A DNA stretch of 21,442 nt from a virus. Lineage: Duplodnaviria; Heunggongvirae; Uroviricota; Caudoviricetes. How positions within the stretch are numbered: the first letter of the stretch is position 1; every line of letters starts with the position of its first letter. The stretch lies in IMG/VR virus record IMGVR_UViG_3300042398_001353; one strand, written 5' to 3'. Positions 1 to 6,981 of the stretch are shown in pieces. The notes beneath the pieces were generated by a model. It did not search any database. It was given only the letters and a program-made list of their open reading frames with translations, and was not told where the DNA came from. A program made the translations under genes and the position numbers.

Positions 1-41
1 AGTGGTTCTGTTTTAATATCCAAAAAATAATCAATAAAAAT

Positions 42-614
42 ATGGAAACTAAGAAAGAGATATGTAAGGTTGGTTTTTATCAAATATCAGAGATAAAAGA
101 CGGAAGATCAATTAGTTATGAAGCTGATAGTGGTCAATATATTTTTATAGAAAGATTTAAAAAATATATAATCAATAAAAATAGAGACAAAAAAAGATTT
201 AAAACCTTAGAAAAGGCCAAGGATTATGCTGTCATAAAACTGGGTAAACACAAGAAAGTTAAGGAAACTAAATTAAAGGCGTTACCTAAATCACTTTATT
301 TAGTTTTAATTAAAGAAGAAAGCACTGGTAAAACGTTTGTCAAAGTTGGGATCACATCTAAAAGGTTTATCATGAGACGTTTTAGTAAGGCGTATGGATA
401 TGATGGTTATGTATTAGAATCAATCTTAAGAAGGATCGACACACCAGATGCGGAGGAATTGGAATCAGAAATAAAAGAAAAATTAAATAAAAAAAGGTCG
501 GTAAAAAAATACCGACCAGTTTTAGAATCTTTTTCGGGCTATTCCGAATGTTTTAATTATCTATGTTTAGATGAAATTATCGAAATTTTTGATAAAGTAA
601 CTAAAAGTGTTTAA
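42..614 (+). CDS. T5orf172/MUG113-like (GIY-YIG superfamily) putative endonuclease with basic N-terminal region
   Basis: C-terminal half LYLVLIKEE...FVKVGITSKR...RF...AEELESEIKEKL...SECF matches the Y-x-I...K-I-G-x-T...E...E-x-F pattern of this family. Recognised by eye. Confidence 0.6.
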   Translation: METKKEICKVGFYQISEIKDGRSISYEADSGQYIFIERFKKYIINKNRDKKRFKTLEKAKDYAVIKLGKHKKVKETKLKALPKSLYLVLIKEESTGKTFVKVGITSKRFIMRRFSKAYGYDGYVLESILRRIDTPDAEELESEIKEKLNKKRSVKKYRPVLESFSGYSECFNYLCLDEIIEIFDKVTKSV

Positions 615-1063
615 TCCCAAGCAAAATCTAAACTAAGTTTACCTCCCTCGTTTGTTATACTTAAACCACCATTAGCTTCTGCATATCTTTTGTTAACACC
701 AACAATACCAAATACAAGTGTTCCACCTTCAATCAATGTGATTGTGGTGTCATTATCAAATTGTTTGCCTGTTGCATTTTTATCAATAGGGATACCTCCG
801 ATTGAGCCTACTGTACTTGGTCTTTTGTAATTTTTATTATAAAGATCTGAATTTGAAACAGATGCACGGAAACCTAAAACTTCTAATTTAACTTTAGCTG
901 TCTTATGTTTTAATTTTTGTATTGTATCGATGTCACTCTGAATTGTTTGTGCTTTTCTAATTGTTCCAGAAGCACTTTTAGGAGTGGCTGATGACATTTC
1001 TTCATTCATTAAATGATTGATAACTTTTTTTACTTGTGACTCTGTTAAAATATATTTTTTCAT
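611..1063 (-). CDS. Hypothetical protein, probable late/virion-associated; start revised to MKKYILTESQ (1063)
   Basis: The ATG at 1063 lies 1 nt after the stop of the upstream minus-strand gene and begins the shared N-terminal motif ILTESQVKKVINHLMNEE. Confidence 0.75.
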   Translation of the reverse strand: MKKYILTESQVKKVINHLMNEEMSSATPKSASGTIRKAQTIQSDIDTIQKLKHKTAKVKLEVLGFRASVSNSDLYNKNYKRPSTVGSIGGIPIDKNATGKQFDNDTTITLIEGGTLVFGIVGVNKRYAEANGGLSITNEGGKLSLDFAWD

Positions 1064-1064
1064 G

Positions 1065-1364
1065 TTATTTTGTTGTTCTTCTTCTTTTATGCAACTCATC
1101 GTTTTCTTTTGTTAAGAATTCAACCTTAACACTAAGAGCCGCAACCTCTTTAGTTAATTGCAATACCATTTTTCTGAGTTCATCTTTTTCTGTTGCAGAT
1201 TGTACCAATAGCGCCTCTAATTTTGAGATTCTATCTTTGCAATCATGTTTTATGAAATCATCATCTCTTTCTTTATTTAATGCTCTTTTCTCGTAAAATC
1301 TAAAAGCAGCGGCAGAGCCCAATACTGAAACAACTGCAATTAAAACTGAATATAGGTTTTCCAT
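1065..1364 (-). CDS. Small membrane-anchored coiled-coil protein
   Basis: One hydrophobic N-terminal helix (YSVLIAVVSVLGSAAAF) followed by a heptad-rich charged region. TATTTAT box 5 nt upstream. Confidence 0.75.
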   Translation of the reverse strand: MENLYSVLIAVVSVLGSAAAFRFYEKRALNKERDDDFIKHDCKDRISKLEALLVQSATEKDELRKMVLQLTKEVAALSVKVEFLTKENDELHKRRRTTK

Positions 1365-1369
1365 ACTAC

Positions 1370-1376
1370 ATAAATA
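1370..1376 (-). promoter_or_regulatory. TATTTAT box (putative phage late promoter)
   Basis: GTATTTATGTAGT-ATG, 5 nt before the start at 1364. Confidence 0.55.
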
Positions 1377-1423
1377 CCAAATAAAAATAAAAATTCCATA
1401 TTTTTCTCGATATTAGATTTATT

Positions 1424-1476
1424 ACCCCAAATTTATTTTAACATGACAAATAGACATGGGGTTTGGGGTGTTTTTT
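1424..1476 (+). terminator. Hairpin with U-tract in a divergent intergenic region
   Basis: ACCCCAAA (1424-1431) pairs with TTTGGGGT (1462-1469), inner CATG/CATG pairing, followed by GTTTTTT. Confidence 0.35.
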
Positions 1477-1499
1477 AATGGTATTTATTTATTTATTTT

Positions 1500-1563
1500 T
1501 AAATGTTGGGGAACATTTAAGGTCTATCGACAAAGGGAAAGTTTGCAATTTTCCCTTTTTTTT
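1500..1563 (+). ncRNA. Candidate small RNA 1
   Basis: Overlapping TATTTAT boxes (1482-1496), hairpin AAATGTT-GGGG-AACATTT (1501-1518), TCGACAAAGG (1527-1536), terminator-like hairpin AAAGGGAAA/TTTCCCTTT with T-run to 1563. Confidence 0.35.
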
Positions 1564-1573
1564 CTTATATTAA
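1542..1573 (+). promoter_or_regulatory. Bacteroidota-type -33/-7 promoter for the kinase-nuclease operon
   Basis: TTTG (1542-1545), 20-nt spacer, TATATTAA (1566-1573); the Bacteroidota consensus is TTTG-N19-21-TAnnTTTG. Confidence 0.55.
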
Positions 1574-1578
1574 TGGTT

Positions 1579-2127
1579 ATGAAAACAAAAATTATCAATT
1601 TCTTTGGTGGACCAGGTATTGGAAAATCAACACAGGCTTGTGGTTTATACACCGAGATGAAAAAAAATCATATGAATGTTGAGTACACATATGAGTTTCC
1701 TAAAGAAGTTGCATGGGAGGGTAACATCTCACAGTTAAAGGATCAGTTTTTCATTACTGCCAATCAACACAGAAACATAAGTAGATTATACGGAAAGGTT
1801 GAATATATAATTGTTGACTCCCCAATAGTATTAGGGTGTTTTTATGAAAGTAGATATGGGTCAGATTACCCATCCTCACACTATTCAATGTCTGGGTTAA
1901 GTAATTTCCTTTGGGGATTGTTTCGCCAATATGACAACATAAACATCTTACTAACCAGAAATAATGACACGTATGATCCAAATGGTAGATTACAAAATTT
2001 AAATGAAGCTAAAGAGATCGATGCAGACATAAAGGAGACCTTACTTATTAATAACATACCTTTCGTTGAGTTTTGTGTTGATACTAATGCCGCTGTGGAT
2101 ATATTTAAGTATATAACACAGTTATAA
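1579..2127 (+). CDS. P-loop NTPase / nucleoside(tide) kinase-like (NadR/AAA_28-like); start revised to MKTKII
   Basis: Walker A GGPGIGKST at the N-terminus and IIVDSP strand. The longer ORF start at 1456 runs through promoter and hairpin sequence. Confidence 0.75.
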   Translation: MKTKIINFFGGPGIGKSTQACGLYTEMKKNHMNVEYTYEFPKEVAWEGNISQLKDQFFITANQHRNISRLYGKVEYIIVDSPIVLGCFYESRYGSDYPSSHYSMSGLSNFLWGLFRQYDNINILLTRNNDTYDPNGRLQNLNEAKEIDADIKETLLINNIPFVEFCVDTNAAVDIFKYITQL

Positions 2128-2128
2128 T

Positions 2129-2731
2129 ATGAAAAAATCGTTACTTTTATTTGGACTTATTTTAATTAGCATAAGTTCATTTTCACAAGACACAGTAAGA
2201 GTCAAAAATCAGGTATTTGAAGTTCTTTATTCACAAAAATTAGAATCACCTTTATGGTTGAAGTATCGTTCAATCAATAGACCAACAAACGTTAATAGGG
2301 GTGCAATGGATTTCTATACCGAAAAGAATATACGCACATCGGATGCTGAAGATTATATTAAAAACATATATGATAAAGGTCATTTAGCACCAGCAGCATC
2401 ATTCTCGGACAATATGGAAAATCTTAAACAAACGTTTTCATATTTGAATTGTATGTTACAGGATCAATACATGAATAGAGGTGAGTGGAGATTGCTTGAG
2501 GAGCAGGAAAGAAAATGGGATGACAATGAAAATTTAACAATTTTAATCAAGATATTTTTTGATAAACCGGTAAAAAGATTACCAACAAACGCGGCTATCC
2601 CTTCATACATGGAAAAGCACATTTATTTTGAAAAACAAAAAGTGTGGAAATGCTATGTTTTCTTAAATGAAAAACCTAAATTTAAATGGAGTGAACTTGA
2701 GATGGTATGTCCAGCAAGTGAACACAAGTAA
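2129..2731 (+). CDS. Secreted DNA/RNA non-specific endonuclease (NucA/Serratia-type beta-beta-alpha-Me)
   Basis: YDKGHLAPAA catalytic motif, TFSYLNCMLQ...MNRGEWRLLEEQER metal-binding helix, and N-terminal signal peptide ending SFS-Q. Confidence 0.88.
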   Translation: MKKSLLLFGLILISISSFSQDTVRVKNQVFEVLYSQKLESPLWLKYRSINRPTNVNRGAMDFYTEKNIRTSDAEDYIKNIYDKGHLAPAASFSDNMENLKQTFSYLNCMLQDQYMNRGEWRLLEEQERKWDDNENLTILIKIFFDKPVKRLPTNAAIPSYMEKHIYFEKQKVWKCYVFLNEKPKFKWSELEMVCPASEHK

Positions 2732-2734
2732 ATT

Positions 2735-2938
2735 ATGCTTTTAAACAAAGAATTAGTAAAATATCAAGACAGGTTATTCTGGGTATACAGAAAAGTTAAG
2801 CAAGAAGCGATAAATGAGCCCCATATTCAAGAGTTAAGGGAGTTTTGGATGTGTGACACCATATTAAAACAAAAAACCCCACAAGGTGAGGTTTTTTTAT
2901 TTTTAAGGGAAATACCCGAAGCGATCGTTATTAACTAA
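2735..2938 (+). CDS. Hypothetical protein
   Basis: 67-aa ORF starting 3 nt after the nuclease stop; plausible composition. Confidence 0.65.
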   Translation: MLLNKELVKYQDRLFWVYRKVKQEAINEPHIQELREFWMCDTILKQKTPQGEVFLFLREIPEAIVIN

Positions 2939-3476
2939 ATTTACTTTTAAGTCTGTTAATCATAGAGCGTACTGATTTAATACCAGACAACACACTAGAT
3001 AGTGAAACCTTTGATCCACCGTCATTTTCTTTAACTTCACTTTCTTTAGATTTTACATCAAAAGAAGCACTTTTTTTACCAACAGTTGTATTGCTTTCTT
3101 TTATCTTAGTGAAAACATCTCTTAATTTAATTGATACTTTAGGTAAAAAGTCTTCTAAAATTTTAGCATAACTAGCTGTTTCTGTTACAGAGCTTTTTCT
3201 TGTCATTTTAACAACAAATTGCTTTGTCTCCAAAATGTCATGACCAGTATCTTTTAATTCTTCCATTATCTGTGTTATTTTTTCCTTAGAATCAACATAT
3301 TTTGGATCTTTCTCTAATTTATTTAAATCAGATTTTAATTTTTGAATTTGGCTATGCATAGATGCAAACTCATTTAATTGTTTAGCTAATTTACCTTTAG
3401 CCTCTTTTGTTTCACCACCTTGCTTTGCTTCAACTAGATTTCTAAGGTGATTTTTGATAATTTCTTCTAATAACAT
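2931..3476 (-). CDS. Hypothetical Lys-rich coiled-coil protein, probable late/virion-associated
   Basis: 181-aa ORF with N-terminus LLEEIIKNHLRNLVEA and a TATTTAT box 16 nt upstream. Confidence 0.78.
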   Translation of the reverse strand: MLLEEIIKNHLRNLVEAKQGGETKEAKGKLAKQLNEFASMHSQIQKLKSDLNKLEKDPKYVDSKEKITQIMEELKDTGHDILETKQFVVKMTRKSSVTETASYAKILEDFLPKVSIKLRDVFTKIKESNTTVGKKSASFDVKSKESEVKENDGGSKVSLSSVLSGIKSVRSMINRLKSKFS

Positions 3477-3490
3477 GATTTTTGGTTTTA

Positions 3491-3889
3491 TTATAAATAT
3501 TTCTTTATTTCTTTAATACAAAGGCTTGTATATTTTTTTTCATTCCTTCTAGCTTCCCTTTCATATGGGTTGGTGGAATAATAATAGACCTTTTCATATT
3601 GTTGATATAAGTTCCTGGATTGGAGGTAATGGGTGTACTCATGAATAACCGTTGCCACAATGTCATGTATGGTTAAGCAAGCCGGCTCGTGTATTGTCAT
3701 TTTATTTCTATAAAAACAGTAGTTTCCGCAAATATCCCAGTTCTTCATTCTTCGTCTTCTAGATGTAAATTCGACCCATAACTTGGTTCTTTTCCTTTCA
3801 TTTATACCTAAATTTTTTTTACACCATTTTATGGCTAGCATTGCATATTTCTTTTTTTTAAGATAATTGTCAACTACTTTTTTAGCCAT
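3491..3889 (-). CDS. HExxH zincin-like putative metallopeptidase
   Basis: VIHEYTHYLQ with downstream PYEREAR supplying a possible third ligand. Confidence 0.65.
   Translation of the reverse strand: MAKKVVDNYLKKKKYAMLAIKWCKKNLGINERKRTKLWVEFTSRRRRMKNWDICGNYCFYRNKMTIHEPACLTIHDIVATVIHEYTHYLQSRNLYQQYEKVYYYSTNPYEREARRNEKKYTSLCIKEIKKYL
3493..3499 (-). promoter_or_regulatory. TATTTAT box
   Basis: ATATTTATAATAAAACCAAAAATC-ATG upstream of 3476; overlaps the stop of the preceding gene. Confidence 0.5.
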
Positions 3890-4241
3890 TTGGTTTTCTT
3901 TCTGTTTTTGTGGATTTTTTTATAGTTTTCAATGGTTTTGATAACTCATTTATAGATTCATAATTCTTAATAATGTCATTTAATATAGCTGCGACCTCAT
4001 AATTTTCATTCTCCTCGTTCTTTTTCCACAAAGCAACCAAAAAGGCTCTAAACTCAACATCTCCAAGGGTAACTCTCTTTTCTGTATTACTTTTTATGAT
4101 TTTAAACACCGCGTATGATAGAGCTGACCTTTTTTCCTCGGAAAGGGTAAAATATTGATCAATTGAAATGTTGGAAACAATATTGTTGGTAATATCTGAT
4201 AGAAATTTAACAACAGAGGGGTGGTTTACATTTACATTCAT
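3882..4241 (-). CDS. Hypothetical protein
   Basis: 119-aa ORF overlapping the next gene by 8 nt; contains a UVR-like ENYEVAAILND segment. Confidence 0.72.
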   Translation of the reverse strand: MNVNVNHPSVVKFLSDITNNIVSNISIDQYFTLSEEKRSALSYAVFKIIKSNTEKRVTLGDVEFRAFLVALWKKNEENENYEVAAILNDIIKNYESINELSKPLKTIKKSTKTERKPNG

Positions 4242-4254
4242 ACTCTCTAACGTT

Positions 4255-4266
4255 TATTTATAAATA
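4255..4266. promoter_or_regulatory. Palindromic TATTTATAAATA (TATTTAT box on both strands)
   Basis: Perfect 12-bp palindrome; the minus-strand copy is 18 nt upstream of 4241. Confidence 0.5.
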
Positions 4267-4283
4267 GTTTCTTTTGCGTTAAT

Positions 4284-4317
4284 AAAAAAAGGGATAGATA
4301 AAATCCACCCCTTTTTT
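4284..4317 (-). terminator. Intrinsic terminator after the Nmad1 gene
   Basis: Minus strand reads GGGGTGGA-TTTTA-TCTATCCC-TTTTTTT (8-bp stem with G-U pairs, then U7). Confidence 0.7.
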
Positions 4318-4334
4318 ATAAAAATTTTGGCAAG

Positions 4335-4694
4335 TTATTTAGCCCATTTACCCCTAATAACGATCTGAGCGATTATGTTATATACAGATAAATCTTGATA
4401 TGTATCTTCAATAGCCTCACCAACGGTGTCTGGTTTACCTAACAAAACCAGCTGCTTTAATCGTTGAATCTTATCATTCATTCTGAACCAGAGTCCAGTT
4501 TGGGATAATTTAACCTCTTCCGGGGTTTCTAATCGAGTCCCTACCGAAATATTATCTGGGCCATAGTTTAGTTGTTTTCTACAGAACACCTCATATTGCT
4601 CTTTTAGAATTCTTTTAAATTCTTTTGTGGTCTCAGGATACTTCTCCTCACACAATTTAACGGGGTCTAGTTGTTGATCTTTATCTTCTGACAT
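4335..4694 (-). CDS. Nucleotide modification associated domain 1 (Nmad1/DUF1599) protein
   Basis: KQLNYGPDNI...FRMNDKIQRL...E-x-IEDTYQDLSVY pattern typical of the family. Confidence 0.75.
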   Translation of the reverse strand: MSEDKDQQLDPVKLCEEKYPETTKEFKRILKEQYEVFCRKQLNYGPDNISVGTRLETPEEVKLSQTGLWFRMNDKIQRLKQLVLLGKPDTVGEAIEDTYQDLSVYNIIAQIVIRGKWAK

Positions 4695-4714
4695 AGTATT
4701 TATTGTTTATAGTT

Positions 4715-4745
4715 CTAATATAGCTAAAAATAATCAGATTTCAAA
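4715..4745 (-). promoter_or_regulatory. Bacteroidota-type -33/-7 promoter
   Basis: TTTG (4745-4742), 19-nt spacer, TATATTAG (4722-4715). Confidence 0.6.
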
Positions 4746-4746
4746 A

Positions 4747-4753
4747 TATTTAT
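4747..4753 (+). promoter_or_regulatory. TATTTAT box
   Basis: 14 nt upstream of the ATG at 4768. Confidence 0.5.
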
Positions 4754-4767
4754 AATAAAACAACAAA

Positions 4768-5013
4768 ATGGCGTCTAACAAATATAAAGAAATGCAACAA
4801 GATCCTAAGACTGGATCTGATATGCCAAAACACAAACAATTAATCCAAATGTTATCATTTAGGGTTGTTCCAGCTTACTATAAGGAAATTGAAAAAGTAG
4901 CAAATAAAAAGAAGATGACAGTTTCAAAGCTTATAAGAAATTATATCAAGGACGGTATGAAGCGTGACAAAGAGATCACAGGATCTGAAAACACAGATTT
5001 TAGAGTAGATTAA
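4768..5013 (+). CDS. Ribbon-helix-helix DNA-binding protein
   Basis: Alternating beta-strand MLSFRV, helix YYKEIEKVANKK, turn KMTVS, second helix KLIRNYIKDGM. Confidence 0.65.
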   Translation: MASNKYKEMQQDPKTGSDMPKHKQLIQMLSFRVVPAYYKEIEKVANKKKMTVSKLIRNYIKDGMKRDKEITGSENTDFRVD

Positions 5014-6063
5014 TTATTTATTAAATCTCTTAAACGAGTTTTGAGAAATCATATTAAAGTTAGCTCCACCAATAAAATGGTGGAGTTCTTTTTTCCCAGA
5101 ATAACTCATTGCTGAACGCAAATAATCCTCAAAATTTTGACACCAACTCTCAATTGTATACTTTACCTCGTTTCTCCTTATAACCCCTTCAGATGTCTTT
5201 AAATCATCCCTACCCCACGATTTTTGAACTTCCTTGGTGCTCATACCTCTAAAGTTCTTATAAAGAGGTATTTCAGCCATAAACATCTCATTAGCATGCT
5301 TAGTATATTGATTTATCACTTCATAATTTTCCTTACTTGTTTCCCCGGCGCTTTCTAAACATCTATTCAAAATTGAACCTAACATAACATAATCAGCACC
5401 TAATCCTAGTGCTTTAATGATATCTGAATATTTTTTAAAACCACCGTCAGCAACAATTGCAGTTCTACAATCACTGTGTTTTTTAATATCATTACACTCT
5501 TCAATCAGTGATGCCATTGGGTAGCCGACTCCTGTTTGAACAGTTGTTAAACATCCACCACCATTACCGATACCAACCCTAACCATATCCACACCAATTT
5601 TACAATATTCTTGAAATGTTTTAGGGTTAGCGACATTACCAACCATTAAACAAATGTCATTACCATACATTATTTTAGCTTTATTTGCTGCCTCGTATAA
5701 ATCTAGCATGTGTCCATTAGCAATATCAATTAATGCCAGTATTCTACTTTCACTTGGAACAAATACCCTTTCTCTAAGGAACAACCTTTCAAAATCAGTT
5801 AAACTGTATGAAAGAAAGTGATTATGATCCACCCACTCAGGTGTTGGATTATTTATTCTGGGTAAAACAGGTAAAATACCTTGATTCTTAAATAAATGAA
5901 AATTATCTTCGCTAATAACAGTGTCCATTGGGGCTGTCATTAATGGTAGATTACCCATTACTGTTCTTGTGTTGATTTCAGACCTAGATCTTATTTCTGA
6001 TAATATTGCAGGCTCGATCAGAAGATCATCAAAATCATACAGTTGTTCAAATATTTCGTTCAT
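5014..6063 (-). CDS. GMP reductase/IMP dehydrogenase family protein lacking CBS domains (more GMPR-like)
   Basis: TAPMDTV, DIANGH, VGNVAN, catalytic loop VRVGIGNGGGCLT, IVADGG, ALGLGADYVMLGS, FRGMS, SEGV. The flap lacks the IMPDH Arg-Tyr pair. Confidence 0.85.
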   Translation of the reverse strand: MNEIFEQLYDFDDLLIEPAILSEIRSRSEINTRTVMGNLPLMTAPMDTVISEDNFHLFKNQGILPVLPRINNPTPEWVDHNHFLSYSLTDFERLFLRERVFVPSESRILALIDIANGHMLDLYEAANKAKIMYGNDICLMVGNVANPKTFQEYCKIGVDMVRVGIGNGGGCLTTVQTGVGYPMASLIEECNDIKKHSDCRTAIVADGGFKKYSDIIKALGLGADYVMLGSILNRCLESAGETSKENYEVINQYTKHANEMFMAEIPLYKNFRGMSTKEVQKSWGRDDLKTSEGVIRRNEVKYTIESWCQNFEDYLRSAMSYSGKKELHHFIGGANFNMISQNSFKRFNK

Positions 6064-6081
6064 TGTTTAGAATTTGTAAGT

Positions 6082-6089
6082 CAAATATA
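6082..6089 (-). promoter_or_regulatory. Bacteroidota -7 box TATATTTG
   Basis: Exact TAnnTTTG match 18 nt upstream of the GMPR-like start. Confidence 0.6.
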
Positions 6090-6129
6090 ATAAAAAAAGG
6101 AGAAACTAAAAAATAATGGAATAAAAAAG

Positions 6130-6136
6130 TATTTAT
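6130..6136 (+). promoter_or_regulatory. TATTTAT box
   Basis: GTATTTATAGAGAT-ATG, 6 nt before 6143. Confidence 0.55.
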
Positions 6137-6142
6137 AGAGAT

Positions 6143-6472
6143 ATGGAAAAGAAGATTATTTCTGAAAATGATGTTAAATCTGTTTTGGATCAACTTTTAA
6201 ACGAAGAAGCATCAAAGGTTAAAAGAGAGGAATTTAGTAGAGTTCAGTTTAAAATGGACGAATTGCAAAATTCGTTGAATGAGACAGTAAAAGAATTTAG
6301 AAAACTACAGGACTCAATTCCAGGTGGGTTAAAGACACTTTCAAATGGTAGAGTCAGTGGTATTGGTTCAAGTTTAGCTAATGCACAAAAATTACTATCT
6401 CAATTAAAAGATAAAGTTAAAACACACAAGAGATCTATATACACACAACAAGTGGAAGAGAAAAAGAAATAA
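6143..6472 (+). CDS. Hypothetical coiled-coil protein, probable late/virion-associated
   Basis: N-terminus IISENDVKSVLDQLLNEE parallels ILTESQVKKVINHLMNEE of the 611-1063 gene. Confidence 0.75.
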   Translation: MEKKIISENDVKSVLDQLLNEEASKVKREEFSRVQFKMDELQNSLNETVKEFRKLQDSIPGGLKTLSNGRVSGIGSSLANAQKLLSQLKDKVKTHKRSIYTQQVEEKKK

Positions 6473-6474
6473 AA

Positions 6475-6870
6475 CTATTTTTCTTTTTCCTTATCTAGGA
6501 ACACATTCAATTCTTTAATATCCTCAATATTTTCCATCTCGTTGACTTGGTTTTTACCTAAATCTGTTAGGAAAAACATTTCTTCCGTTTCATCATCCTC
6601 GTAAGAATCTATTAAACCATTTTTTTGTAATGATCTTAGAACATCTTCCGCAATAATCTCTTTTAAAATGGTATCAAACTCTTCCTCAGAAAAATACCCT
6701 TCATCTTCATTATCTAAACCGTTTTCTAGGAACTTTCTAGTTAACTCATCTGATATTCTCTTTCTGGCATAATTTTCGCTAGATATTTCAAATTCAGTAA
6801 AATAATCATCATCAACTAATGAAGCAATAATTTCTTCTGTGATTTCTTGGATTTTTGGTAGGTAGCTCAT
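6475..6870 (-). CDS. Very acidic hypothetical protein
   Basis: 131 aa, D/E-rich; C-terminal LQKNGLIDS...FFLTDLGK resembles a winged-helix wing. Confidence 0.72.
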   Translation of the reverse strand: MSYLPKIQEITEEIIASLVDDDYFTEFEISSENYARKRISDELTRKFLENGLDNEDEGYFSEEEFDTILKEIIAEDVLRSLQKNGLIDSYEDDETEEMFFLTDLGKNQVNEMENIEDIKELNVFLDKEKEK

Positions 6871-6891
6871 GATAAAAAATTTAATATTGAG

Positions 6892-6899
6892 CTAATATA
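6892..6899 (-). promoter_or_regulatory. -7-like box TATATTAG
   Basis: Same octamer as at 4715 and 14110; 21 nt upstream of 6870. Confidence 0.5.
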
Positions 6900-6957
6900 G
6901 ATAAAAAAAACCAAATAAAAAAATGGGATTATAATTTATTATTTAATCGATTTTGAG

Positions 6958-6965
6958 TATATTAA
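6958..6965 (+). promoter_or_regulatory. -7-like box TATATTAA heading the glycan operon
   Basis: Same octamer as at 1566; 16 nt upstream of 6982. Confidence 0.45.
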
Positions 6966-6981
6966 ATAATAAAAAAATATA

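Noticed and set aside
611-614. Shared TTAA stop overlap and other abutting convergent gene ends (2931-2938, 5013/5014, 6472/6475, 14809/14811)
   Set aside because: This is ordinary genome compaction in AT-rich phages.
1456-1578. N-terminal extension of the kinase ORF
   Set aside because: It runs through hairpins and the promoter; the P-loop protein starts naturally at 1579.
5014-6063. Assigning guaB or guaC
   Set aside because: The catalytic loop is divergent and the IMPDH flap residues are absent; specificity cannot be settled by eye.
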